This document shows positions 18,705 through 28,097 of a DNA stretch of 32,000 nt, one piece after another; within the stretch, counting starts at the first letter, position 1; each line of letters opens with the position of its first letter. The stretch is from Akkermansia muciniphila ATCC BAA-835 (GTDB lineage Bacteria; Verrucomicrobiota; Verrucomicrobiia; Verrucomicrobiales; Akkermansiaceae). The position numbers and the translations under genes are program-made. The notes under the pieces were generated by a model. The model did not search any database. It had not been told where the DNA came from and worked only from the letters and a program-made list of their open reading frames with translations. The stretch is from the NCBI RefSeq assembly GCF_000020225.1, contig NC_010655.1, positions 720,001 to 752,000 on the forward strand, given 5' to 3'.

Positions 18705-19339
18705 TCTTTTTTTCATCCGGAAGGTATTTCCCCGTTTTCCCCGAGTTTTTTCACGTTTCCGGCGGTTGCGCGAAGAGGATGAAAAGTGCCCCGACAGCGC
18801 GAGAAAATCTTCAACGGGCATAAACAGCAACGAAGCGTATTTTCAGAAGTTTTGAAAGGAACAGGTTTCCGTGGTTCACAAAAATTATCCATGAGGGCAT
18901 GGCAGATTTTCGCCCTCCCTGCCCTGTTTTTCCCACGGGGCAAATAAGAATTTTTCTCTTTCTCCACCTTTACGGCTTCCGGGTAATCGGGGAAGGTTCA
19001 AGCAAAAACCTCTATTGATAAGCTTGCTTCCGTCCGGGCTCCAGGATTGACCAGCAGCCGTTTGAGAAGTTTCAGGAGCGAGACGGGAAGAGAAGACTGA
19101 AGGATCCCGGAAGCCCAGGGTTCCGAGAGTTCCGGGAAGGCGCGGCAGGAATGGGAATCCATGCTGTAAGAAGAGAAGGCGGAACATGCCGTTTCACCGC
19201 GTATCATCATTTCCGCGGCTCCGCATTCCTCCCGTCCTCAAAAAAGGGCAAAGGCTTCCGGCATGTCCCGGAAAAGGCGTTTCCCGACCGCACTTCCCCC
19301 TTGACGGATGCCCCAAAGACGGGTTTGCTAGTCCTGCGC

Positions 19340-20359
19340 ATGGGAGAGTCCTTTTACACACGCACCACGGAGGCCCCCTCCTCCGCCTTCGATTTGTCCC
19401 TCAGACCGCCCGCTTTCAGCGAGTTCTGCGGCCAGGAAAAGATTAAGGACCGCCTGATGCTGATGGTGGAAGCCGCCAGACAGCGCGACGACGTGCTGGA
19501 CCATATCCTGTTGAGCGGCCCGCCGGGCCTGGGGAAGACGACGCTTGCTAATATTATCGCGAATGCCGTCGGCTGCCGCATTCATACGACTTCCGGCCCC
19601 CAGATTGAAAAGGCGGGAGACCTGGCCGGCGTGCTGACCAATCTGGAAAAGGGGGATATTCTGTTTATTGACGAGATCCACCGCCTGCACCCGGCCATTG
19701 AGGAGTATCTGTACCCGGCCATGGAGGATTTCCGGCTGGATATTATCATCGACCAGGGGCCGAACGCCCGCTCCATCCAGCTCAACCTGCCCAAGTTCAC
19801 CCTGGTGGGGGCCACCACCCGCGCCGGGATGCTGACCAGCCCGCTGCGTTCCCGCTTCGGCCTGGTGAACCGGCTGGATTATTATACGCGGGAGGAGCTG
19901 TGCGCCATTATCGAACGGTCCGCGGGGCTGCTGAACGTGCCCGTGGACCCGGAGGGCGCCCTGCAGATCGCGCTGCGCTCCCGCGGCACGCCCCGCGTGG
20001 CCAATTCCCTGCTGCGCTGGGTGCGGGATTACGCCCAGGTGCGCGGCGACGGCGTGATTACGGAGCAGTTGGCGCACGATGCCCTGACCATGATTGAGAT
20101 TGACGACGACGGCCTGGACGAGATGGACAAGCGCCTGCTGGAAGCGATGATTTACAAGTTCAACGGCGGCCCGGTGGGCCTTTCCTCCCTGGCGGTGGCC
20201 GTAGGGGAGGACGCTTCCACGCTGGAGGACGTGCACGAGCCTTTCCTGATTATGCAGGGGTATATCAGCCGCACCCCCAGGGGGCGCGTGGCGATGCCCT
20301 CCGCCTATCTCAAGATGGGAGCCGCGCCGCCCGCCAACGGCCAGGGGTGGCTGTTGTAA
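19340..20359 (+). CDS. ruvB: Holliday junction branch migration DNA helicase RuvB
   Basis: Track ORF starts at 19151, but alignment by eye to RuvB begins at the ATG at 19340 (MGESFYTRT...[19 protein letters not shown]). Walker A is [11 protein letters not shown] and Walker B is LFIDEIHRL. The protein is 339 aa. Confidence 0.95.
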
Positions 20360-20480
20360 GCCATTCATTTACGACATGAAAGGAGTCCTGCGTTTTATGC
20401 TGGTCATCAGGCCCTCTTTCTTTTAGACTGTTTCCACATAAAACGTCAGGACGTTTTCTGTTCATCATACGCCCAAAGCT

Positions 20481-21500
20481 ATGGCCGCACATTCTGATAT
20501 TCCCTTTAAAAGACTGCCCGTCAAGATTATCGGTACGGGTTCCTATGTTCCGGAACGCCGCCTGACCAATGCGGATCTGGAGAAGATGGTGGACACTTCC
20601 CACGAATGGATTATTGAACGCACGGGCATTGTGGAACGCCGCATCGCCGCCCCTGACGAGTACACTTCCCATATGGGGACGAAGGCCGCCCAGCGCGCTC
20701 TGGAATCCTGCGGGCTGAAGCCGGAGGATATTGACCTGATTATCGTCGCCACCATCACGCCGGATACGTTCACCCCTTCCACTTCCTGCTATATCCAGGA
20801 TGCCCTTGGCGCCAAGAATGCCGCCGCCTTTGACATTTCCGCCGCCTGCTCCGGCTTCCTGTTCGCCATGAAGACCGCCGTCCAGTACATCGGCACCGGC
20901 CAGATGAAAACGGCGCTCATCATCGCCGCTGAAAAACTTTCCACCGTCGTCAACTGGGAGGACCGCAGCACCTGCGTCCTGTTCGGGGACGGCGCCGGGG
21001 CAGCCGTGCTCCAGGCTTCCACAGGGGAAGAGGGAGAAGGTTCCGTCCTTGCCACGGATATCGGTTCGGACGGCTCCCTGCATGACCTGCTCCAGATTCC
21101 GGGCGGCGGCTCCCGCTGCCCCACCACAGCGGAAAACGCCCATGAACGCCTGGCTACCCTGGCCATGCGCGGCAATGAGACCTTCCGCCATGCCGTCACG
21201 CGCATGAAGGCTTCCGCCGCCAGCGTCATTGAACGCGCCGGCCTCACGGCGGACGATATCCAGCTGATTATTCCCCACCAGGCCAATCTCCGCATCATTA
21301 ACGCCGTAGCGCAGCGCCTTTCCATTCCTGAAGATAAGGTGTTCGTGAACATTGAGAAGTACGGCAACACGTCCGCGGCCGCCGTCGCCATCGCTTTTGA
21401 CGAAGCGCGCCGTTCCGGCAGATTCGGCAAGGGAGACAACGTCGTCCTGGTCACATTCGGCGCCGGGCTTACCTGGTCCGCCGCCGTTATCCGCTGGTAA
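20481..21500 (+). CDS. fabH: beta-ketoacyl-ACP synthase III
   Basis: 339-aa ORF with the active-site Cys in DISAACSGF, then HQAN and GNTSAA motifs. Typical FabH. Confidence 0.95.
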   Translation: MAAHSDIPFKRLPVKIIGTGSYVPERRLTNADLEKMVDTSHEWIIERTGIVERRIAAPDEYTSHMGTKAAQRALESCGLKPEDIDLIIVATITPDTFTPSTSCYIQDALGAKNAAAFDISAACSGFLFAMKTAVQYIGTGQMKTALIIAAEKLSTVVNWEDRSTCVLFGDGAGAAVLQASTGEEGEGSVLATDIGSDGSLHDLLQIPGGGSRCPTTAENAHERLATLAMRGNETFRHAVTRMKASAASVIERAGLTADDIQLIIPHQANLRIINAVAQRLSIPEDKVFVNIEKYGNTSAAAVAIAFDEARRSGRFGKGDNVVLVTFGAGLTWSAAVIRW

Positions 21501-21528
21501 TATTCTTTTTCACCCCCCCTCCATCATC

Positions 21529-22659
21529 ATGACCACTGAACCATACGGCAAAAAAAATCCGTTTCCCGCTCCCGTCCTCTCCGTCAGGCATATCACCGGG
21601 GAAGGCAGCCCCAAGGAAACCATCCACATTGAATACAGCCTGGACGGTTCCGGGATGAATTATATTGCCGGGGACGCCCTGGCCGTCATTCCCGCCAATG
21701 ACCCCTCCCTGGCGGACGCCCTGATTGACAAGCTCGGCCTCAGCCCGGATTCCCAGGTTCCCACGCCCGAAGGGGAAACCGCAAGCCTGAAAGACGCCCT
21801 GGTTCACTGCTATGACATTACCAATGTCAACAAAGCCCTGCTGACCAAGTGGGCCGCCGCCTCCGGCAGCCAGGAGCTGGACACGCTTCTGGCCGGGGAT
21901 AAGGACGCCCTCAGCGATTTCCTGTGGGGCCGGGACGTGCTGGATCTGGCCACGGAATACCCCGCTTCCTTCGAATCCGCGGAGGCTTTTGTCGGCATCC
22001 TGAAAAAGATCATGCCGCGCCTTTATTCCATCGCCTCCAGCCCGAACGCCCATCCCGAACAGGTTCACCTGTGCGTGGGCGCGGTACGCTATACGGCCCG
22101 TGACCGCAAGCGCGGCGGCGTTTGCTCCACCTATATGGCGGACCGCCTCCAGCCGGGCCATACGGCCAGGGTATTCGTACATACCAACAAGAATTTCCGC
22201 CTTCCGGAAGACGGGGACACCCCCATCATCATGGTGGGCCCCGGCACCGGCATCGCCCCTTTCCGGGCATTCTGGGAGGAACGCGCCGCTTCCGGCGCCA
22301 AGGGCGGCAACTGGCTGTTCTTCGGCAATCCGTACAAGGCCACCGACTTCTGTTATGAAGACGAGCTGAACCAGTTGACCGGCACCGGCAAACTGAAGTT
22401 GTCCGTGGCCTGGTCCCGAGACCAGGAAAAGAAGGTGTATGTGCAGCACCTCATGGTCCAGGAAGGCGAAGAGCTCTGGAAATGGCTGGAAGCCGGCGCC
22501 TGCTTCTACGTCTGCGGGGACGCCTCCCGCATGGCGAAGGATGTGGACAACGCCCTTCATGAAGTCATCCAGACCTGGGGCCATAAAACTCCGGAGGAAG
22601 CCGCGGCATATGTGGCGGACATGAAACAGCACCGCCGTTACCAGCGGGACGTGTACTAA
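21529..22659 (+). CDS. CysJ/CPR-family FAD- and NADPH-binding flavoprotein reductase lacking the FMN (flavodoxin) domain
   Basis: Track ORF starts at 21352 and overlaps fabH. The ATG at 21529 (MTTEPYGKKNPF) sits 28 nt after the fabH stop. Motifs: RLYSIASSP (FAD), GPGTGIAPFR (NADPH), and a C-terminal YVCGDASRMAKDV...YQRDVY. Confidence 0.85.
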   Translation: MTTEPYGKKNPFPAPVLSVRHITGEGSPKETIHIEYSLDGSGMNYIAGDALAVIPANDPSLADALIDKLGLSPDSQVPTPEGETASLKDALVHCYDITNVNKALLTKWAAASGSQELDTLLAGDKDALSDFLWGRDVLDLATEYPASFESAEAFVGILKKIMPRLYSIASSPNAHPEQVHLCVGAVRYTARDRKRGGVCSTYMADRLQPGHTARVFVHTNKNFRLPEDGDTPIIMVGPGTGIAPFRAFWEERAASGAKGGNWLFFGNPYKATDFCYEDELNQLTGTGKLKLSVAWSRDQEKKVYVQHLMVQEGEELWKWLEAGACFYVCGDASRMAKDVDNALHEVIQTWGHKTPEEAAAYVADMKQHRRYQRDVY

Positions 22660-22688
22660 TTCAGGATCTCCCCCTTGAACCTGTCACC

Positions 22689-22729
22689 GCGCCTTTCCAT
22701 TTTTTCTGGAAAGGCGCTTTTTCTTTTTC
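22689..22729 (+). terminator. rho-independent terminator after the flavoprotein gene
   Basis: gcgcctttcc (22689-22698) pairs with ggaaaggcgc (22708-22717), giving a 10-bp perfect stem with a 9-nt loop. It is followed by tttttcttttt. Confidence 0.8.
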
Positions 22730-22966
22730 CGGAGAAAACCCGCCACGCATCATCACTCCGGCTCCCCCTCCCGGCTTCCCTCATGACGGTTCCAGCTGTT
22801 TTCCCGTCAATCCCAGCCGGAACAGGCCACCTTCCCAGTCCGCACGCCGGCTTCTTTCGAGCCGGAGAAGCCATCTTCCGCCCCCCTCTCCATCAAAAAC
22901 AACACCGAACCGGGGAGAACCCGTCCGAGCAAAAGTTCCCCTCCTTCTTCAAGCGTTTCCTTACCC

Positions 22967-24031
22967 TTATTCCAAATCCTGCCGGGCACCGCAAACGGCC
23001 CGTTTCACTTTCCTGAGCTTGAAAAAGAAAACCATGCAGAATAAATACAGCTTTTGCGGCAGGCAGTGGACGATACCCATCCATCCCGGCCGCCTCAACG
23101 CCCATCTCCGCCGAAAGGGATAACTCCACCAATTCTGCTGCCGGTCAATGCTGTCTATGATTTTTCTCCTCTCCTCCATTTCGGCAAGCAGTTCTTCCCG
23201 CGAGCGAAAAACCGGAGCAAGGCCCTCCAGCAATTCCCCGCACAGTTCCAACCCCGCCTCCTTGCTTTTTTTCAACTGGCTTTTCATTTCCAGCTCCCTT
23301 TTTTCAAAGGCCGCCGCCGCCCGCATGTCGGCAAACCGGAACGCGCTGTTGACAGCGCAAATATTTTTAAGCGCAAACCGGTAATAATATAAGGATATGC
23401 CCGGCATTTCATAAATGTTGCCCTGAAGCCATGCGTGGAACCCCATCAAGTCGTCTTCAAAACTGGCCGTCATCCGCAGGGAGCTACCCCATTCGCAGGC
23501 GCTCTTCCTGATCATCATGCTTCCTCCGTAATGGGCGGAAGAAGAAAAAGCTCCCGCCTGAAGCACAACAGCCGGCCTTTCCCGCGGAGCAGCAGGAAAG
23601 GCCGGGAATTCAAACGCAATGCCCGGTTCCTCATAGACGCTGGTCATCTGGCTGACCACAGCCACGGCATCCGGGCGTTCCATCACTGCCCAGGCAAAAA
23701 GCCTGCATCTCCAGGGGAAGGAACAATCGTCCCCATCCTGACGGAGAATCCATTCATGGGAAGCCAGACCAACCGCCTGCCGGATATGAGGCCCGCGCCC
23801 CAGCGGCGTTTCATTCCGGTTTAAGATTACCCGGTACGGCCCCCTGTATTGAGCCGCCATTTCCTGCATGACGGAGAAGGTTCCGTCGGAAGAGCCGTCG
23901 TCCGAAAGGATGATTTCCACCGGCCCTTCATAATCCTGCCCGAATACGCTCCGGATAGCATCCCTGATGCTGCTCTCCTCATTATGCCCGGTCAGGATAA
24001 TGCTGATGGAAGGGAGTTCCGAAGGGTTCAT
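22967..24031 (-). CDS. family 2 glycosyltransferase with a C-terminal coiled-coil/TM extension
   Basis: Track ORF uses TTG 24061. I prefer the ATG at 24031 (MNPSELPSISIILTGHNEE). SDDGSSDGT and the DGDD motif are typical of GT2. The C-terminus is charged and helical (EKRELEMKSQLKKSKE...) and ends in a hydrophobic segment. Confidence 0.85.
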   Translation of the reverse strand: MNPSELPSISIILTGHNEESSIRDAIRSVFGQDYEGPVEIILSDDGSSDGTFSVMQEMAAQYRGPYRVILNRNETPLGRGPHIRQAVGLASHEWILRQDGDDCSFPWRCRLFAWAVMERPDAVAVVSQMTSVYEEPGIAFEFPAFPAAPRERPAVVLQAGAFSSSAHYGGSMMIRKSACEWGSSLRMTASFEDDLMGFHAWLQGNIYEMPGISLYYYRFALKNICAVNSAFRFADMRAAAAFEKRELEMKSQLKKSKEAGLELCGELLEGLAPVFRSREELLAEMEERRKIIDSIDRQQNWWSYPFRRRWALRRPGWMGIVHCLPQKLYLFCMVFFFKLRKVKRAVCGARQDLE

Positions 24032-24586
24032 GAAGAAAAAGCACGGAAAAGAAAGCGTCAAACATGAAGAGGACCATGTCCTTTTCTGTTTATTAATAAG
24101 GCATCACGTTCATACCGGATTCCAAATCCGGGGTCAAGGGTTGATTTTTATACCAAGGAACTTATGTTGCGCGGACGTTTTGTCATCAAGAATCTCCCCC
24201 TTGCGGGCAGGGAGTCCGAAGCCGGGAAAACAGGACGAAAGATTCTGCTTTCCCTTACTGCTCCCAACATACACATTTTTTCATAAGCAATTATTTTTTA
24301 GAATCATAGAACTCTTAGAACCAGACCTAGCCGGAATACCTCCATACCCCACCGGTTCCATGAGGTCTTGGGACAATTCTCTGTTCATTCATGCTGAATC
24401 CGGAATTTCCCAATCGAATTTGGAATTCGCTATGACAGGTTCATTCGCGCACTGATGAATCATGGGAGGAACGATGGATTCGTCCCCTGCCATTCACCGG
24501 TTGCAATGGTTACAGCCCCATCAGAATCATGTCCTCCATATCCTGATTCCCGTTCCACTCACGAAGCAGTTCATCATTCCCCTTGT

Positions 24587-25624
24587 ATGCAGAAACCGTT
24601 CTTCAGCATTATTATCCCGGCCTATAATCTGGAGAATTATATTGCTGCCACCCTTCAGTCAGTACTGGTTCAAACATTTCAGGATTTTGAGATCATCATC
24701 GTGGATGACGGTTCTTCCGATGAGACTGTTTCCATCATCCAATCTTTTCATGACCCCAGAATTCGCCTGGTTTCCCAAGTTAACGGCGGCGTATCGCGAG
24801 CGCGAAACGCAGGGATGAAGAAGGCCGTGGGGGCTTACATCGCTTTCCTGGACGGAGACGATTACTGGTATCCCGAGCATCTGGAGCTGGCAGCCGATTT
24901 TTTCAACCGTCATCCGGAGATATTGGCCTATGCCAACCGCTACATGAGGGATGAACTGGAGGCCATCCCGCCGCGCCCTCCATCTTATCCCGAATCTATC
25001 CGGAGATTGGGGATACGGGGAGTGCTTTTCATGAATTCCAGCAGCGTAATCCTGAATTCGTCTCTTGCGTCCCGGCTTCCCCCCTGGGAAGAAGCGATGC
25101 CCTATGGGGAAGACGGCCTGTACTGGACACGGTGCATGCGGGGGACAGGCCTGATCGGGCTGGGAGGCTCCGTCACCTCCATCTACAGGCAGAGAGCTTC
25201 TTCCGCCATGCATGACGAGCATTACCAGCATGTCTCCCTCCACTCGCTCATTGCGCCTCTGCTGAATGAGCTTGAAGCCATGAAAAATCCCAAATGGCAA
25301 TTTGCCGTCCATTATCTGGTCATCAGGGAATTGCATCCCAAAAGACTGTTATCGCTCAACGCAGAGGAGCGGATTTCCCTGACGGGCAGGATCAGGAAAA
25401 TCATGCACCCATGCCTGAACCGGCCGTTTTTGGACTCCTATATGAAAGCGTGTTCCGCAAGGGCAGGCATGGAACAGTCATTTTCCGCGCTCATGGACAG
25501 AACCATGTTCTCCTGCAAATGGCTGGACCGCCTGGAAAGGATGGGCCGCTCCCTGTTTTTCCGGCTGCAAACCAATAACGGAATGGGGGGCAAACACCAA
25601 GATCCAGTCCGTTCACGCTCATGA
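24587..25624 (+). CDS. family 2 glycosyltransferase
   Basis: Track ORF starts at 24455. The canonical GT2 N-terminus begins at the ATG at 24587 (MQKPFFSIIIPAYNLENYI...VDDGSSDET...FLDGDDYW). Confidence 0.85.
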   Translation: MQKPFFSIIIPAYNLENYIAATLQSVLVQTFQDFEIIIVDDGSSDETVSIIQSFHDPRIRLVSQVNGGVSRARNAGMKKAVGAYIAFLDGDDYWYPEHLELAADFFNRHPEILAYANRYMRDELEAIPPRPPSYPESIRRLGIRGVLFMNSSSVILNSSLASRLPPWEEAMPYGEDGLYWTRCMRGTGLIGLGGSVTSIYRQRASSAMHDEHYQHVSLHSLIAPLLNELEAMKNPKWQFAVHYLVIRELHPKRLLSLNAEERISLTGRIRKIMHPCLNRPFLDSYMKACSARAGMEQSFSALMDRTMFSCKWLDRLERMGRSLFFRLQTNNGMGGKHQDPVRSRS

Positions 25625-26568
25625 ATATCGTATACGCTACAGACGATAACGGCGCGCTGGGAACGGGCGTGAGCATTGTGTCCCTCATGGAGAATTTGCC
25701 GCCCGGCGTTCATGCCGATATTTACATCATGACTGGCGGGTTAAGCGGGGATAATACGGCCCGTTTCCATTCCCTGCAACAGGGCTACAATCTCCATTTG
25801 CACTTCATTGACATGAAGGATAAATATACGGATTTCCCCGTCGGTTCCAAATGGTCGGCGGCGACGTATTACCGCCTTGGCCTCGCAGGGGAACTTCCCG
25901 CCACGGTAGAACGCGCCCTTTACGTGGATATTGATACCATTTTCAACAGGGACATAAGCCCCATGTATGAATCCGAATTCGGAGATTGCCTCATTGCCGG
26001 CGTTTTCACCACGGAAGATTTATCCGAGGAGTCTTTTTCACGCTGGAAGAGAGAAATGAATCTGGGCCGGGACTCCATTTACATCAATGCCGGCGTCATT
26101 CTTTACCATATCGGAAGAATACGTGAAGAATGTTTTGAATCCCAGGTTTTATCCTGGGCGAAAAACAATATTCACCGCCTTTCCTGGCAGGATCAGGATA
26201 TTTTGAATGTATGCTATCAGCAGCGTATCTTGTTGCTTCACCCCATGTGGAACATTTGCGACGGGGCTATCTGGTCCATTCGCTGGGAAGGCGTGACAAG
26301 CTTCAGGAATAATCCCCTAAAGCCGGCAGACCTGCTGGAAGCCGCCAGGCGGCCGGGCATTATCCACTACTGGGGCCATCCCAAACCCTGGCATCCCAAC
26401 AGCATTCGCCAGGATTACGGATTGTTCTACAAGTATTGGAAGAAATCTCCGTGGAAAGATGACATCAGGGATTTCCGGAAGCAAAACGATCCCGGCCGGA
26501 TGTTCATCTCCAAAATGAGATGCCTCCTGGGAAAGGGTAAACGGCTTTTACAAGGCAGGCATCAGTAG
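25621..26568 (+). CDS. family 8 glycosyltransferase (LPS/glycan alpha-hexosyltransferase-like)
   Basis: 315-aa ORF with NIVYATDDN, YYRLGL and YVDIDTIF (a DxD motif), typical of GT8. Its start overlaps the upstream stop in an ATGA arrangement, which suggests translational coupling. Confidence 0.9.
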   Translation: MNIVYATDDNGALGTGVSIVSLMENLPPGVHADIYIMTGGLSGDNTARFHSLQQGYNLHLHFIDMKDKYTDFPVGSKWSAATYYRLGLAGELPATVERALYVDIDTIFNRDISPMYESEFGDCLIAGVFTTEDLSEESFSRWKREMNLGRDSIYINAGVILYHIGRIREECFESQVLSWAKNNIHRLSWQDQDILNVCYQQRILLLHPMWNICDGAIWSIRWEGVTSFRNNPLKPADLLEAARRPGIIHYWGHPKPWHPNSIRQDYGLFYKYWKKSPWKDDIRDFRKQNDPGRMFISKMRCLLGKGKRLLQGRHQ

Positions 26569-26796
26569 AAATACGGAGGAAGGCCTTATTTTTCTGACAT
26601 CCGGCCATTTACAAAACCGCCTTTTATGGGGAAATACCGGAGCTGGCTATTTTTTTTAACAAGCCGGCTCAGCTTCATTCCGGAATTTTCCCGAATCCGG
26701 AAAGAACCGCCCGCATACTTCTTCAGAAACGTCTCAACGTTTTATGCCTGATGATCTTTCCGGAGTTTTATCAATAGTTAAAAAAATAATTTATTT

Positions 26797-28044
26797 ATGA
26801 AAGTTGATACTATTAAGGGAAGTTCCTATGTCATGACCTGTACAAAAGCTTGTACTGTAAGCGCCATCTTCAATTCCGGAGAGACGTCCATGCTTATTCT
26901 GGAAGCAGAGAAAAAAGGGCAATACGGTTTTGCAGCCCCGACGGACGCCGTCGAAGTATCCGATGAAGACGCCCTGATCACCCAGGTTTTCAAAACAGCC
27001 GTTCCAGGGTTGCCAGGCCAGAACGGCATCAGGCAAGGAGAAAATGCCGAATTAAAAAACCTGACGGCTGAGTCCGGGACTTTTGCAGGGGCCGTCAACG
27101 CCAACGGAGGCATCAACATCCCGCTGGCCGTGGGGGCGGCAACGGATACGTCAGCGGTCAACCGCCTGTACGCCGCCGGGCTGGCTGCCGTCACTGACGC
27201 TTTTTCCGTCAGGTGTTATCCGCTCCTGGCGGATTGCTCGTCTTCCAATGGGACGGTTTTCAAAACGGACAAGGAACCCAATTCCCTTTATTTCAATGTC
27301 CCTCCCAATTCCGCCTTTACCGTGAAATGCGGCCTCGCGACCAACGCGAGGCCCATGCACAATTATTCCAGCATCCGGGGTTGGGTGGCCCCGCTGCGAC
27401 TGCCGTCTGTCAGCACGAAATTCACGGCCAGGTTCGGCCAGATGACAACGGTTGCGCGCATGGGGCGGGACAGGGACGCGTTTACGCTGGTGCCGGATCA
27501 GGCGGCTGGCGGCTACAAGATTGGGGAGATTATCGATATTACGTTTGATCATGTCCGGGACGCGGACGCGGGAGGGTATCATATTCGCGTCCGGGAGATC
27601 TATTATTCCAATGCCGAGCAGAAATGGAAGATGAAGACGACGCAGGCCTTCGCGCAAGAGACGTCTTCCAATAACGGTTATCCCGTCTGCGTGTACGCGG
27701 TGGTTTACGAACAATACCAGGACGGAGGATATGATACTGAAGACAGGGGTGCGCTGTGGCTGCTGCATGGCGGGAATTCCTCCCGCAGCTGCGTCAAAAT
27801 CGCCACGGTGAAGGGAGTCCATTGCTTTGAGAGTATTTATCCATTTTCCGGGTACTATCTTGATATGGAGAATACCAACAGCTGGGCGTTGGCCGGAGCT
27901 TTCCTACCTGCGACGATGCACTTGCATTGCAATAACGTCAATCCGGCGTATTACGGTTTTTCCTCCATGGAGAGCAATATCATTGTCTCCGAGGCGGTGG
28001 AGGATTTTGTTGACCCGGAAGCCGAAACAATTACCGAAGATTGA
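26797..28044 (+). CDS. hypothetical protein whose N-terminal region resembles phage tail-fibre / trimeric-adhesin stalks
   Basis: 415-aa ORF with no signal peptide or TM segment visible. Residues ~70-130 read PGLPGQNGIRQGENAELKNLTAESGTFAGAVNANGGINIPLAVGAATDTSAVNRLYAAG. An AT-rich promoter-like tract precedes it. No enzymatic motif recognised. Confidence 0.7.
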   Translation: MKVDTIKGSSYVMTCTKACTVSAIFNSGETSMLILEAEKKGQYGFAAPTDAVEVSDEDALITQVFKTAVPGLPGQNGIRQGENAELKNLTAESGTFAGAVNANGGINIPLAVGAATDTSAVNRLYAAGLAAVTDAFSVRCYPLLADCSSSNGTVFKTDKEPNSLYFNVPPNSAFTVKCGLATNARPMHNYSSIRGWVAPLRLPSVSTKFTARFGQMTTVARMGRDRDAFTLVPDQAAGGYKIGEIIDITFDHVRDADAGGYHIRVREIYYSNAEQKWKMKTTQAFAQETSSNNGYPVCVYAVVYEQYQDGGYDTEDRGALWLLHGGNSSRSCVKIATVKGVHCFESIYPFSGYYLDMENTNSWALAGAFLPATMHLHCNNVNPAYYGFSSMESNIIVSEAVEDFVDPEAETITED

Positions 28045-28097
28045 GCATGAATGACGCAGCCTCCCCATTCCCGATACCCAGCAACACCTCTGCGTCC

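Noticed and set aside
18450-18830. A 126-aa minus-strand ORF spanning the tRNA-Ser gene and its terminator
   Set aside because: It overlaps a well-folded tRNA, and its translation has no protein-like features. It is an artefact of ORF calling.
19032-19043. The 12-mer GTCCGGGCTCCA is identical to the conserved P4 strand of bacterial RNase P RNA (as in GGAAAGUCCGGGCUCCA)
   Set aside because: The invariant GGAAAG context upstream is absent (it reads GCUUCC here). I could find none of the other conserved RNase P blocks (the GUAAGGGUGAAAGGGUG-like and ACAGAACCCGGCUUA-like blocks) within 400 nt. A full-length rnpB would also run into ruvB. An Infernal scan with RF00010 would settle it.
24112-24429. 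Imperfect inverted repeats flank ~280 bp of the divergent GT2 intergenic region, a candidate invertible promoter. ataccggattc (24112-24122) pairs with gaatccggaat (24396-24406) at 10/11. ggattccaaatcc (24117-24129) pairs with gaatttggaattc (24416-24428) at 11/13.
   Set aside because: By my rough estimate, about one such match is expected by chance among all position pairs in a 525-bp region. ccgga-type words are also very common in this genome, and no site-specific recombinase lies nearby. It would only be worth testing with read-orientation analysis of the PhaseFinder type.
26650-26786. Homopolymer tracts (T8 at 26650-26657, A7 at 26780-26786) upstream of the tail-fibre-like ORF as possible slipped-strand phase-variation switches
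   Set aside because: The tracts are short, lie in an AT-rich intergenic region where such runs are common, and are not positioned between recognisable -35 and -10 elements.
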